A DNA stretch of 64,000 nucleotides from an uncultured Verrucomicrobiota bacterium (GTDB lineage: Bacteria > Verrucomicrobiota > Verrucomicrobiia > Limisphaerales > UBA8199). A program made the position numbers and the translations under genes. The stretch covers positions 3,819-67,818 of the forward strand of contig CAYNZC010000004.1 of the NCBI GenBank assembly GCA_964401575.1, given 5' to 3'. Position 1 is the first letter of the stretch, and every line of letters begins with the position of its first letter. The notes under the pieces were generated by a model. The model ran no database searches. It was not told where the DNA came from and saw only the letters and a list, made by a program, of their open reading frames with translations. Of this stretch, positions 45,539-56,034 are shown piece by piece.

Positions 45539-47569
45539 TCACTGCCCTGCAAGCGCCGATTTTTCCGGCGCGTCTTCCAATGGCTCGGGCAGGCGTATGG
45601 TGAAGCGGCTGCCCTGCCCGGGGGCGCTGCGCACGTGTATCCGGCCCCTGTGCGCGTCCACAACGTGCTTCACAATGCTCAGGCCGATTCCAACACCTTG
45701 TGTCTCCCGGCGCAACTCGGAACCGAGGCGGTAAAAGCGTTCGAAGATTCTGTCATGCTCGGAGGCGGGAATGCCCTTCCCACTGTCCTCGACCCACAAC
45801 TCGGCTGCCTTCGCGCCATCTGGCGCGCTTAATCCCACGGTGACGTCTGAACCCGGGCTCGAATGCTTTATTGCATTGTCCACAAGATTCACCAACGCCT
45901 GCTGGATGGCCTTGCCGTCAACTCTGCGATGGACAGGACTCTTTGGGGCCTGTTCACTCACCTTCAGGGTTACCTGGCGCTCGGAAGCCACGGGGTGCAT
46001 CAGCCGGACCGTGCTCTCCACGATCCTGGCAAGGTCGCACACCTCAAATTCGTATTGCTTGCGGCCCTGTTCGATTCTCGAAAAATCGAGCACGTTTTCG
46101 ATGAGCCCCGAAAGTCTTCGGCATTCCTGGCCAATGAAGCGAAAGTAATCCATCCGCCTGGATTCCTCCAGGACTCTGCCTCGCTCGAGGTTCTCGGCCA
46201 TGAGCCGCACCGAAGCGATCGGCGCGCGCAGCTCATGTGAGACGCTTGAGACAAAATCGCTTTTCAACCTTCCCAGCCGTTCCTGTTCTCGAAACGACTT
46301 CCACGCGCCCAGCAGGCCAAGCATCGCGGCGCCGGAAGAAACAGCAATCAGGCCTGCAAACCAGTAGGTGCGCGCGCGCTGTTGCGCATAGAGAGCGGAC
46401 GTGTCGCTCAGAAAGAAGCTCATACGGATCACATCCACGGAGCCATCGGGCAACGCGATTGAGGCCAGCAGTTCCGCAGGAGGACCGGGTGCGGCGGCTT
46501 GGCGCTGTTTCGAAGTGGAAGTGGCTCCAAACCTGCCCCTGGATGCCGGCGCCACCTCAAACCAGCTCAATGCCTCCCCGGCCACATCCACGCTGCACTT
46601 CATGTAATTCGGAACGCCCGCGTAGCTCCCGAGATACTTCTCGACTCTATTCCCAAGGTCGGATCCGCTCACGACAGCAAAGGTTCGGGTCGTGTCATTT
46701 GATCCCGTCGGGATGAGGTAGAATGTGGCTTGAGCAATGGCAAATACCGGGGCCATTCGGGATCCGGGTGTGGTCGTCCTCTGCGGTTGGCGTTGCTGCC
46801 AGTTACGAATGCTGCTGACAGGCATCGGCGGCGGGCCAAACCGCGAAATAGCGGGCGCGTTCCACAAATCCCGGTTGGCGGCGGAAGTCTCGTCAAAGGC
46901 CTCTGTCGCGCGTTCCTGGGCTTCCAGAGCATGTTTCCATTCTCGGGCGCTGGCCTGCTCCGGAGCCGTGCCTGCTTTGCGCGTGAGCCGATCGAGAAGC
47001 AAACCCGACAGCGGATGAGGCGCGGCAACAAGGTTTGAGCACACGGAATCTATAGTGATGTGCTGCAGTTCGGGCCCGTCCGGCCAAAACGGCTTGAGAT
47101 CCAGCAGCCTGAATGCGGCCAGCGCCCCGAGGCGCAGCCCGGTTTCCCCGCGCGCTTCCGGATGGTTCGTGAATACATCCAGCAAGGCCGGGATTGCACG
47201 GTTGGTCTCGCCTTTGTTCAAACTGTTGAGCGCCTCCTGGAACAGTTGCCTGCCTTGAATGTCTGCCGAGATCTGCAATGCCGGTAGAAGCTCTGCCGGC
47301 TCCGCACGCGGTGGGTGGACCAGGCGGCTGTTGCGGTCCACACGGAACTGCACCTTGCTTTCCAGGGCTGTTGCACGCACTTCCTTCCACAAACCTGGGA
47401 GCAACGATTCCGCCAGGGCGCGCGCGCGTTCCATGGCAGCCTGCCTGGCCAGAATCCGGTCCTGCCGCAAGGAGGCGATCCCGAGAGCGGTCAGCAACAG
47501 AAGGGGCAGCAGGATCAGCAGAGCCTGCCGCGTTAACGAATTCATCAATTGCCGGTGTGAGTTGCGCAT
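45539..47569 (-). CDS. Sensor histidine kinase with large extracytoplasmic domain
   Basis: N-terminal TM segment (LLILLPLLLLTALGI), a ~400-aa non-TM region, a second TM segment (YWFAGLIAVSSGAAMLGLLGAW), H-box SVSHELRAPI, and DNAIKH / DSGKGI / GVGIGLSIVK boxes. The start is uncertain (ATG at 47569 or 47545; the ORF is open to 47614). Confidence 0.85.
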   Translation of the reverse strand: MRNSHRQLMNSLTRQALLILLPLLLLTALGIASLRQDRILARQAAMERARALAESLLPGLWKEVRATALESKVQFRVDRNSRLVHPPRAEPAELLPALQISADIQGRQLFQEALNSLNKGETNRAIPALLDVFTNHPEARGETGLRLGALAAFRLLDLKPFWPDGPELQHITIDSVCSNLVAAPHPLSGLLLDRLTRKAGTAPEQASAREWKHALEAQERATEAFDETSAANRDLWNAPAISRFGPPPMPVSSIRNWQQRQPQRTTTPGSRMAPVFAIAQATFYLIPTGSNDTTRTFAVVSGSDLGNRVEKYLGSYAGVPNYMKCSVDVAGEALSWFEVAPASRGRFGATSTSKQRQAAAPGPPAELLASIALPDGSVDVIRMSFFLSDTSALYAQQRARTYWFAGLIAVSSGAAMLGLLGAWKSFREQERLGRLKSDFVSSVSHELRAPIASVRLMAENLERGRVLEESRRMDYFRFIGQECRRLSGLIENVLDFSRIEQGRKQYEFEVCDLARIVESTVRLMHPVASERQVTLKVSEQAPKSPVHRRVDGKAIQQALVNLVDNAIKHSSPGSDVTVGLSAPDGAKAAELWVEDSGKGIPASEHDRIFERFYRLGSELRRETQGVGIGLSIVKHVVDAHRGRIHVRSAPGQGSRFTIRLPEPLEDAPEKSALAGQ

Positions 47570-47867
47570 TCCAACCGCTCGCAGTATGGAGTCACAGAAG
47601 CTGCCCCTTGTCACGAATTTGTAAAATTACTGAAGGAAGCGCTGTGAGCATTCCGGCCAAGAAATGCCCTCGGGGGTCTGTTGCGATTCCTGCCTGGTGT
47701 AGATGGTCTTTCCGATTCCTGTCACAGATCTCCGGTCCGTCCCTTCCGGTCCATGGCCTTTTATCTTCGGCCTTCCCCCCTCTCGGCTATCGCCCAGCAG
47801 CCCGGAATGGGACTACATCGGGGATGGGGCCACACCGGGATTGACGTCCGCCTCTTTCAGGCGTTGA

Positions 47868-48218
47868 ATGATCCCGGTGCAACCCACTGTCATGAAAACC
47901 AGCGAGCCGCCGACCAAAGGTTTCAGTCACATTGTTATCTTCTGGACCGATCCAAAACAACCGGGCGCCGCGGACGAGCTCGTCGCTCTGGCCCGGACGC
48001 TGTTGCGGCCCATTCCAGGGATTGTTCATTTTCACGTCGGCAGGATGGTTCCCAGTTCCCGTTCCGTTGTTGACCAGTCTTACCAGGTCGGGCTGAACCT
48101 CCAGTTCAAAGACAAAATGGCGCACGACGAATACCAGACGCACCCGCGTCACATCGAGTTTGTGGAAAAATTCTTCAAACGTCTCTGCCTCAAGGCGCTG
48201 ATTTACGATTTTGAATGA
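47868..48218 (+). CDS. Dabb (stress-responsive alpha/beta barrel) domain protein
   Basis: FSHIVIFW...IPGIVHFHVGR...DKMAHDEYQTHPRHIEFV pattern. Alternative ATG at 47892. Confidence 0.7.
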   Translation: MIPVQPTVMKTSEPPTKGFSHIVIFWTDPKQPGAADELVALARTLLRPIPGIVHFHVGRMVPSSRSVVDQSYQVGLNLQFKDKMAHDEYQTHPRHIEFVEKFFKRLCLKALIYDFE

Positions 48219-50559
48219 TCCGGGGCTGCGGGACGTGAATCCAAGTATCAAGGTTGTGCGGCTGAAAGCGGCTGTCCGGGGCGCCGTGCAGGGAGTGGGT
48301 TTCCGGCCCTTCGTCTTCCGTCTTGCTTCCGGGCTTGGCCTTGCAGGGAGTGTTTTCAATTCAGGAGACGGTGTTTTCATAGAGGTTGAGGGAGCGCAGG
48401 GCGCCTTGGAGGAGTTTCTGACCCGGATCCGGACGGAGAATCCGCCAAACAGCCGGATCACGAGTCTGGAGGCCACATGGCTGGAGGGGATGGGTCTGGG
48501 CGTTTTTCGGATTGTCGAGAGCAGGACTTCGGGACCAAAACGCGCGCTGGTTCTGCCGGATATTGCAACCTGCCCGGAATGTCGTGCCGAAATCCTTGAT
48601 CCCGACAATCGCAGATACGCCTACCCCTTCACCAATTGCGTCCATTGCGGCCCGCGGTTCAGCATTATTGAGGCGCTGCCCTACGACCGGACGAACACAT
48701 CCATGAAGGGTTTTGCGATGTGTCCGCTGTGCCGGACGGAATACGAGGATCCTTCGAACCGGCGTTTTCACGCTCAGCCAAATGCATGCCCGATCTGCGG
48801 TCCGCACATCGAACTGTGGGATGCGCGCGGGACGCATCTTGCCGGGCACCCCGGCGCCGCGGCGGATGCCACGCTTGCCACGCTGAACATGGCCGCCGGG
48901 GCGCTGAAGGCGGGCCGGATCCTTGCGGTCAAGGGACTGGGCGGTTTTCACCTGATGGCATGCGCCCGGAACCCTGAGGCGATCGATACTCTCCGCCGCC
49001 GCAAATGCCGTGAGGAGAAGCCGCTCGCCGTGATGTTTCCCTCGGTCGAAATGCTTGGCGCGTATTGCGAAGTGTCATCGCCAGAGCTGGGATTGCTGTG
49101 CGGATCGGAGAGTCCGATTGTGCTGGCAAGAAAAAGGACAGGGGCCGCCCGGTCGCTCGCGGCATCTGTGGCGCCGGGCAATCCGTGTCTCGGGGTCCTG
49201 TTGCCCTACACCCCGCTCCATCTCCTGCTCATGCGCGGCATTGGCGAGCCCGTGGTGGCGACAAGCGGCAACCTCAGTGATGAACCCATTTGCATTGACG
49301 AGCGGGAGGCATTGGAGAGGCTGGCTGGGATTGCTGACCTCTTTCTGGTTCATAACCGCCCGATTCTGCGGCATGTGGACGACTCGATCGTGCGGATCGC
49401 CGCCGGACGCGAGATGGTCCTGCGGCGGGCGCGCGGTTACGCTCCCTTGCCCGTCATCCTCAAAGAGGCGCCACCGCTCGGCCCCGTGCTGGCCACCGGG
49501 GCGCACTTAAAGAACACGGTCGGCTTTTCGGTTGGGGAAATGGCTTTCATCAGCCAGCATATCGGTGATCTCGAAACGGACGCAGCGTTCCGGGCTTTTG
49601 AGCGGGCCGCAACCGATCTGCCAAAGATCTACGAGGCCCGCCCCGCGATCATCGCCGCCGACGCGCACCCGGACTACCTTTCGACCCGGTATGCGCGGCA
49701 AAAGAGCGAGCAGGATGGACTGAGGCTGGTGACGGTGCAGCATCATGTGGCACACGTCCTGAGCTGCATGGCCGAGAACGAAATCGAGCCGCCGGCTCTC
49801 GGAGTGGCCTGGGACGGCACTGGCTACGGGCCGGATGGCACCGTTTGGGGTGGTGAGTTCTTTGACGTGAGCGACCGGGAGTGCCGGCGTGCCGGGCATT
49901 TCAGACATTTTCCTCTGCCGGGAGGGGACCTTGCGATCCAAGAGCCGAGACGAGCGGCGGCCGGCGTTCTTTTCGAAATCCTGGGCAGAGACTGTTTACA
50001 CCACCGGAATGCCGCCATGGACAGCTTCGACGCTGCTGAAAAGACCGTGTTGCGGGGGATGCTGGAAAGAGGCATTAACTCGCCGATGACATCCAGCGCC
50101 GGCCGGCTATTTGACGCGGTCGCCGCACTGGCGGGGGTCCGGCAGATAACCCGGCACGAAGGGCAATCGGCGATGGAACTGGAGTTCGCCGCGAAGCCAG
50201 GTGAGACACTGCGCGCTTACCCCGCGCCGATCAGAAAGGCCGATGGCGTGCACATCCTGGACTGGGAGCCAATGGTCCGGATGATTTTGGATGAAGTGCG
50301 GGCGGGACGTCCTGTTTCCTCCATTTCCATGGATTTTCACCGGACCCTTTGCGAGTGGATTGTTCTGATCGCCAGGGAACTCGGACACCGGCGCGTGGTT
50401 CTTTCGGGGGGGTGCTTTCAAAATGTTCTCTTGCTGGAAATGACGGTCCGCGCGCTGGAGGAGGCAGGCTTCAAGGCGTCATGGCATCAGCGAGTGCCGC
50501 CCAACGATGGCGGTATTGCTCTCGGGCAGATTGTTGCGGCGGCCCGCTTGCCGGCATAG
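48211..50559 (+). CDS. hypF: [NiFe]-hydrogenase maturation carbamoyltransferase HypF
   Basis: Acylphosphatase domain (VRGAVQGVGFRPFV). Two zinc-finger pairs (CPECRAEILDPDNRRYAYPFTNCVHCGPRFS; CPLCRTEYEDPSNRRFHAQPNACPICGP). YrdC-like and Kae1-like C-terminal domains. The start is uncertain (TTG 48211 or GTG 48235). Confidence 0.9.
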   Translation: MNDPGLRDVNPSIKVVRLKAAVRGAVQGVGFRPFVFRLASGLGLAGSVFNSGDGVFIEVEGAQGALEEFLTRIRTENPPNSRITSLEATWLEGMGLGVFRIVESRTSGPKRALVLPDIATCPECRAEILDPDNRRYAYPFTNCVHCGPRFSIIEALPYDRTNTSMKGFAMCPLCRTEYEDPSNRRFHAQPNACPICGPHIELWDARGTHLAGHPGAAADATLATLNMAAGALKAGRILAVKGLGGFHLMACARNPEAIDTLRRRKCREEKPLAVMFPSVEMLGAYCEVSSPELGLLCGSESPIVLARKRTGAARSLAASVAPGNPCLGVLLPYTPLHLLLMRGIGEPVVATSGNLSDEPICIDEREALERLAGIADLFLVHNRPILRHVDDSIVRIAAGREMVLRRARGYAPLPVILKEAPPLGPVLATGAHLKNTVGFSVGEMAFISQHIGDLETDAAFRAFERAATDLPKIYEARPAIIAADAHPDYLSTRYARQKSEQDGLRLVTVQHHVAHVLSCMAENEIEPPALGVAWDGTGYGPDGTVWGGEFFDVSDRECRRAGHFRHFPLPGGDLAIQEPRRAAAGVLFEILGRDCLHHRNAAMDSFDAAEKTVLRGMLERGINSPMTSSAGRLFDAVAALAGVRQITRHEGQSAMELEFAAKPGETLRAYPAPIRKADGVHILDWEPMVRMILDEVRAGRPVSSISMDFHRTLCEWIVLIARELGHRRVVLSGGCFQNVLLLEMTVRALEEAGFKASWHQRVPPNDGGIALGQIVAAARLPA

Positions 50560-50573
50560 TTGTTTGAACCTTC

Positions 50574-51767
50574 GTGTTCGGTTACTTTAGGCCCGTGACT
50601 TACGATACGGTTGTTGAGGATTTGTTGCAGTCTGTCTGGGACGGCGCCCGAATTGATGCGGCGCAAGCCCGGCGTTTGTATGACCTGCCGCTCGAGGAAC
50701 TGGGGGCGCTGGCCGACCGCCGGCGGGAGTTGGCGCGCGCCTCGGCCTACGGCGGCAGGGGCAACCGGATCGTGACTTACATTGTTGATCGAAACATCAA
50801 CTACACCAACATCTGCAACGTTTACTGCAAGTTCTGCGCTTTTTACCGGACTGAAAGGGATTCGGACGCATACGTGATCCGTCTCAAGGAGCTTGACGAA
50901 AAGATTGAGGAGACTGTAGCGCTCGGGGGGACGCAGATACTCCTGCAGGGCGGGCATCATCCCGGCTTGTCCAAGCAGTGGTACCTGGACCTGCTCTCGC
51001 ACATGAAGGACAAGTTCCCGCAGGTGAATGTGCATGGGTTCAGTCCCAGCGAATTCATTCATTTCCGGGAGGTTTTCAAAGAGCCCCTGGAAAAAATTAT
51101 TGCAGACTTTCGCAGCGCCGGGCTGGGGTCGATTCCCGGGGGCGGAGGCGAAATCCTCGTGGACCGTGTTCGAAAACAAATCTCCCCGCTCAAAGCCATG
51201 ACCGACGATTGGCTTGGTGTGATGGACATCGCGCATCGGCTTGGCCTGGCTACCACGGCCACCATGATGTTCGGGCACGTGGAGACGATTGAAGACCGCA
51301 TCGAACATCTTGAGCGAATACGTGCTCAGCAGGACAAGACCCGGGGCTTCACAGCCTTCATCGGCTGGACCTTTCAGCCTGAGAACACCCGCCTGCGCGC
51401 GCAAACCGTTGGCGGTCACGAGTACCTCCGGACGCAGGCCCTTGCGCGTATTTATCTTGATAATTTCCCCAGCGTCCAAAGCTCCTGGGTCACCCAGGGA
51501 CAGCAAATCGGGCAGGTCGCGCTTAAATTCGGCGCAAACGACCTCGGCAGCATCATGATTGAAGAAAACGTGGTTTCCCAGGCAGGAGCCTCCTTCCACA
51601 TGACCGTTCGTGACATGCGCAGGCTTATCTCGGACGCTGGTTATGAACCATACCAGCGGGACAACTGGTACCGGTTGCTCGACGATGCCCCTAACGAACG
51701 ACCAGGAACTGCACCAGGTCAGCGAGATCCTGGGCGCTCAGATCCCGCTCAAATCCTTCCGGCATAA
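50574..51767 (+). CDS. Radical SAM enzyme of the futalosine menaquinone pathway (MqnC/MqnE family)
   Basis: NINYTNICNVYCKFCAFYR radical-SAM cluster motif in the CofH/MqnC/MqnE context, plus GGTQILLQGGHHP. I cannot separate MqnC from MqnE by eye. The low-complexity C-terminal tail overlaps the convergent gene. Confidence 0.7.
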   Translation: MFGYFRPVTYDTVVEDLLQSVWDGARIDAAQARRLYDLPLEELGALADRRRELARASAYGGRGNRIVTYIVDRNINYTNICNVYCKFCAFYRTERDSDAYVIRLKELDEKIEETVALGGTQILLQGGHHPGLSKQWYLDLLSHMKDKFPQVNVHGFSPSEFIHFREVFKEPLEKIIADFRSAGLGSIPGGGGEILVDRVRKQISPLKAMTDDWLGVMDIAHRLGLATTATMMFGHVETIEDRIEHLERIRAQQDKTRGFTAFIGWTFQPENTRLRAQTVGGHEYLRTQALARIYLDNFPSVQSSWVTQGQQIGQVALKFGANDLGSIMIEENVVSQAGASFHMTVRDMRRLISDAGYEPYQRDNWYRLLDDAPNERPGTAPGQRDPGRSDPAQILPA

Positions 51768-54519
51768 AGCTCCATTCCTGCATCTCGACTCGCTCAACAT
51801 TCAGCCGCGGCCATACTCTTATCTCACCGTCCGGTTCCCGCACCATTACTGTTGAGGCGTTCTCCCGGGCCAACGTCCCGGGAACAATCTCCCCGCTTAG
51901 TGTCCTCACAACCACCGTTTCAAATCCCGGTGCGATCCGCGCGGACGGCTCGAGAATTGCACTCAATATTTCTTCTCTGCCCTGAACCTTCACATGTCCG
52001 AGGTCCGGTCCCACCAGCCCCAATCCGGTTCCGATTGTGTGGCATGCCGCACACCGTGCCGCAAAAATTCTCTCTCCGCGCTGCGGGTTTCCCGTGGATC
52101 GGACCAAAGGACGGGCTCGCTCCATTGCTCCCGGCCGTTTGCCTTCCGGGGGCCCAAAAACCCGATTCGCACGCTGCACAACCGCCGGCTCCGGCCAATG
52201 CCTCAATAAGTTCCGTTGCCACCCCGCAACATCCCCGGCTGGGATTCTTCCCTCCTCGATCAGGGTCAGTACCACCGGCGCCTGGTCCGTACGTCGCATC
52301 AGCGTTCCCACCGCTTCCCCGCGCAGGCCGGGCAAAATCCACCGCCACCGTTCCAGCATTGCCGGCGCCTGGTCCGGGGAGTTTCCATAGCCCATGAGCG
52401 CGCGCAGCCCAGCCGACTGTATTGGTTCCGGTTCCGCTCCAGCCAGGAGATTCAACGTCACGGCACCTCCATCCCGCATTTCATAAGGTCCGCTCCCAAG
52501 CACCCGGATTCCCTCCAACCGCAGGCCCTCTCCGAAATCCCACTTCGACGCCGCCTCCAGAGCCAGCGCAAACAACGTCTTTAGGCGCCCCTGGGTGTCC
52601 ACAAGGCGCATGGAACTCCGCGTCCGCTGCAGCCCCTCTCCAAGTCCCGCCACGATGCGCAGCGCCAGCAGTTGCGTCAGCCGCTCCTCGGCCAGATAGT
52701 CAATCACGCCCTGCACTTCGTTCATCCTGCCGGCCACGCCGATCATCTCTGCGAGCCGTCCCAAAAACACCGCCTTGACCAAATCTGCCATCCGTGGTTC
52801 CTCGGCCACCAGGCGCAACAGGCCCGCCCCGCCATCATGCGCCGAGCTAAGCACTGCCGTTTCCATCCACTCATTTCCCGGGTCCCGCGCCATTGCGTCT
52901 CGCAACAGCACCGCCCGATCCGGCCTCGCGACGGCTCCGCTGCTTAATGCCGCCTGCAAACGAACCTGGAAAACCGGGTCTCTGCCAAGCATTCGGATTC
53001 GCGCCCACAAAGCCGCCGAAATCTCGCCCTCGCGCGAAAACCCCTCCGCCAGCCACACGCCGTGCGCCCGGACTCGCCAATCACTATCGCCCATCGCCTG
53101 TCCCACATGGATTTCCGTCAAGCGTCCGGCTCCGGCCAGCGCGTGCAGCGCGTTCACGCGCGCCAGCGGCGCCCGTGCCCGGGTCGCCATGCTGCCGAGC
53201 AGCACGGCTGTCTGGTCATCTTTCCGCTCATACAGGAGGCGCGAGGCCGTGTCTCTGTGGTAACCGTTCGTATGCACCAGCATTCCCACAAGGTCACGCG
53301 CGCCCGCGCGGCTTAGCCGCTCACTCTTTGCCGGTTTGAATGCAGCAGGCGCGATTCGCCAGATGCGGCCTGTATCCTCCCCGTCCGCCATGTCCGCCAC
53401 ATAAAGCGCCCCATCCGGCCCGGTGAGGATCTGTGTGGGGCGAAACGAAGGGTCCGTGGAGACCGCAAACTCCGTCCCCGCATTCTCACGCGCGCGTTCC
53501 GCCCGCACCCCGTAGCCCGCATCCCGCAGCACTGCCCGATGTATCACCCGGGCCTCCGGGTCTGCCACAAACAGGTTGCCGTAGTAGTTCGATGGAAACA
53601 CCGTGCTCCGGTAAACCACTGCCCCGCGCGCATTGGCCAGCCACGTGGCGGTGTATTCATTCGTTCGCTTTCCTTTGGCCGCCTGGATCTCCTCGGCCAG
53701 TGCAGCCCGATAAACCACCACGGCAGGCGCCCCGATGTCCACCACCGTCCGCCGTGGCGCAAAAAACGGGTTTCGCTCAAGGTATCGCTCCTCAATGATC
53801 TCCATCTGGAACGGGTGCGTTCCGCTGAACAAAAACCGCCGGCCCCAGTCATCCCGCGTCTGCCCCGAAGCCCCCGGCCCCGCTTCCGCGGTCATCATTA
53901 ACGTGCGCGGATCAAACGAAAAATCCCTGCCGTTCAGCGCAATCTCAGAATCGTTTCCCTTGATCGTTTTTCCTTTGCCTCCGTTTGCCCCGTAAATCCG
54001 GTTGTCCAATCCCCAGTAAAAACTATGAGGCAAAACACTCCGGCTTACCGAGTTGCTCGTTCCAAATCCGCTGAACACCACTCGGCGCACATCCGCCACC
54101 CCGTTCCGGTCCGTATCCTGAAAATAAATGATGTTCGGGGCAGACGCTACGAACACCCCGCCGCCATAGCAAACTACCGCCGACGGCATCGCCACGTTCG
54201 TCGCAAAGATTGTGCTCGCCGAAAAGACGCCCTCGCCCTGCGAGTCCTCCAGCAAACGGATCTGCCCCGTTCGTTGGGGCGTTCCGACCGGGTAATCCCG
54301 CATCTCCGCCACAAAAAGCCGTCCATCCTCATCAAACGCCATGGCTGCGGGCGAGGCGACAAATCCGTTTGGCGCCACCTCCTCAATCTTGAATCCCCGC
54401 TCGAGCCGAAAGCGGACGGCCACTGCATTGTTCTCGGCAGCTACGCCACAACCGGCAGCGAGGAACAGCGCACCCGCCACCACTCCCCGGGCCCATCGAA
54501 AATGGCATAGTGGTTTCAT
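51691..54519 (-). CDS. PVC-type heme-binding CxxCH protein (membrane-bound dehydrogenase-like domain + HEAT-like repeats + cytochrome c)
   Basis: ATG at 54519 gives MKPLCHFRWARGVVAGALFLAAGCG, a signal/lipobox. N-terminal beta-propeller-like region (FDEDGRLFVAEM, GPDGALYVADM). C-terminal GERIFAARCAACHTIG heme-c site. Confidence 0.8.
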   Translation of the reverse strand: MKPLCHFRWARGVVAGALFLAAGCGVAAENNAVAVRFRLERGFKIEEVAPNGFVASPAAMAFDEDGRLFVAEMRDYPVGTPQRTGQIRLLEDSQGEGVFSASTIFATNVAMPSAVVCYGGGVFVASAPNIIYFQDTDRNGVADVRRVVFSGFGTSNSVSRSVLPHSFYWGLDNRIYGANGGKGKTIKGNDSEIALNGRDFSFDPRTLMMTAEAGPGASGQTRDDWGRRFLFSGTHPFQMEIIEERYLERNPFFAPRRTVVDIGAPAVVVYRAALAEEIQAAKGKRTNEYTATWLANARGAVVYRSTVFPSNYYGNLFVADPEARVIHRAVLRDAGYGVRAERARENAGTEFAVSTDPSFRPTQILTGPDGALYVADMADGEDTGRIWRIAPAAFKPAKSERLSRAGARDLVGMLVHTNGYHRDTASRLLYERKDDQTAVLLGSMATRARAPLARVNALHALAGAGRLTEIHVGQAMGDSDWRVRAHGVWLAEGFSREGEISAALWARIRMLGRDPVFQVRLQAALSSGAVARPDRAVLLRDAMARDPGNEWMETAVLSSAHDGGAGLLRLVAEEPRMADLVKAVFLGRLAEMIGVAGRMNEVQGVIDYLAEERLTQLLALRIVAGLGEGLQRTRSSMRLVDTQGRLKTLFALALEAASKWDFGEGLRLEGIRVLGSGPYEMRDGGAVTLNLLAGAEPEPIQSAGLRALMGYGNSPDQAPAMLERWRWILPGLRGEAVGTLMRRTDQAPVVLTLIEEGRIPAGDVAGWQRNLLRHWPEPAVVQRANRVFGPPEGKRPGAMERARPLVRSTGNPQRGERIFAARCAACHTIGTGLGLVGPDLGHVKVQGREEILSAILEPSARIAPGFETVVVRTLSGEIVPGTLARENASTVMVREPDGEIRVWPRLNVERVEMQEWSFMPEGFERDLSAQDLADLVQFLVVR

Positions 54520-54661
54520 ATCATTTTGCTTTTTGCCTGCCTCTTTCAACCCGGCCGCCGTGTTTTCTCCGCGATTTTTTGCACCATAACTGCTTTCGCC
54601 CGTTTTCTCAATCAATCGCCAACTTGAACGCTCACTGCGTCCAGTGTAGGCTCCTATCCTA

Positions 54662-54940
54662 ATGTGTTTAGCCGTCCCAGGCAAAATCATCTCCATCGAG
54701 GGCGACGATCCCATCACCCGCATGGGCCGCGTTGACTTCGGCGGCATCGCCAAAAAAGTCAGCCTCGCCTACGTTCCGGAGTGCGGCGTTGGCGATTATG
54801 TCATCGTTCATGTCGGATTTGCCATCAGCAAAGTGGACGAGGAGGAGGCTCTCAAAGTTTTTGAGTACCTGAAAGAAATGGAGGAACTGGCCGATCTGGA
54901 TGCGCGCCAGGAGCCCTCACCACCGCCCGCAGCCCGATGA
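54662..54940 (+). CDS. hypC: Hydrogenase maturation chaperone HypC
   Basis: [10 protein letters not shown]-terminus with the essential Cys2, and [12 protein letters not shown]. Confidence 0.9.
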   Translation: MCLAVPGKIISIEGDDPITRMGRVDFGGIAKKVSLAYVPECGVGDYVIVHVGFAISKVDEEEALKVFEYLKEMEELADLDARQEPSPPPAAR

Positions 54941-56031
54941 AGTACCTCGATGAGTATAGGGATGCCTCCGCTGTTCACACCTGCGCCTCTCGCATTCGGG
55001 CTATTACCACCCGCCCATGGACGCTCATGGAGGTCTGCGGTGGCCAAACCCACGCAATCGTAAAATTTGGCATCGACGAACTTCTCCCGCCCCAAATCAC
55101 CTTGTTGCACGGTCCGGGTTGCCCCGTCTGCGTCACCCCCGTCGAAATCATCGACAAAGCCCTCGAAATCGCTTCCAGGCCGGAAGTCATTTTCTGCTCC
55201 TTCGGGGACATGCTCCGGGTGCCTGGCAGCCGGCAGGACCTTCTCTCCGTCAAGGCCGCTGGTGGGGATGTGCGGATGGTTTATTCTCCCCTCGATACCT
55301 TGAGGGTCGCGTCCGAGAACCCGAGCAGGGAAGTTGTGTTTTTTGGTGTCGGATTTGAAACAACGGCCCCTGCAACGGCCATGACGGTCTTTCAGGCCGA
55401 CCGGCGCGGGCTAAAGAATTTTTCGCTGCTGGTTTCCCATGTGCTCGTCCCACCTGCGATCGAGGCGATTCTCTCGGCGCCCGGCCAAACGGTCCAGGCA
55501 TTCCTCGCCGCGGGCCATGTTTGCAGCGTGATGGGTTGCGAGGAATACGAGCCCATTACGGCCAAATACAAAGTTCCAATCGTTGTGACCGGTTTTGAGC
55601 CGCTGGATATCCTTCAAGGCGTCTGCATGTGTATCGAGCAGCTCGAGCGCGGCCGGGCGGTTGTGGAAAACCAATACAGTCGCGCTGTGCGCCAGCAAGG
55701 CAACCGGCCCGCCCAGGATTTGATTCATCAGGTTTTCCAGGTGGTGCCGCGCAAGTGGCGGGGCATCGGCGAAATACCCGCCAGCGGCCTTGGCCTCAGG
55801 GAAAATTATCGCGCGTTTGATGCCGAGCAGAGGTTTGGCCTCGCAGACCTGCGCGTCGAGGAGCCATCCGAGTGTCTCAGCGGGCGCATACTCCAGGGCA
55901 GGCTAAAACCCACCGAGTGTCCCGCCTTCGGCACCCGCTGCACGCCCGAGCATCCTTTGGGCGCCACGATGGTATCCTCCGAAGGCGCCTGCGCGGCCTA
56001 TTACAAATACCGCCGAGAGCGCGCAACCTGA
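54937..56031 (+). CDS. hypD: Hydrogenase maturation factor HypD
   Basis: [45 protein letters not shown] overlap with hypC. Confidence 0.9.
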   Translation: MKYLDEYRDASAVHTCASRIRAITTRPWTLMEVCGGQTHAIVKFGIDELLPPQITLLHGPGCPVCVTPVEIIDKALEIASRPEVIFCSFGDMLRVPGSRQDLLSVKAAGGDVRMVYSPLDTLRVASENPSREVVFFGVGFETTAPATAMTVFQADRRGLKNFSLLVSHVLVPPAIEAILSAPGQTVQAFLAAGHVCSVMGCEEYEPITAKYKVPIVVTGFEPLDILQGVCMCIEQLERGRAVVENQYSRAVRQQGNRPAQDLIHQVFQVVPRKWRGIGEIPASGLGLRENYRAFDAEQRFGLADLRVEEPSECLSGRILQGRLKPTECPAFGTRCTPEHPLGATMVSSEGACAAYYKYRRERAT

Positions 56032-56034
56032 TCC

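Noticed and set aside
50487-51599. 370-aa minus-strand ORF
   Set aside because: It is antisense to the radical-SAM MqnC/E-like gene; a shadow frame.
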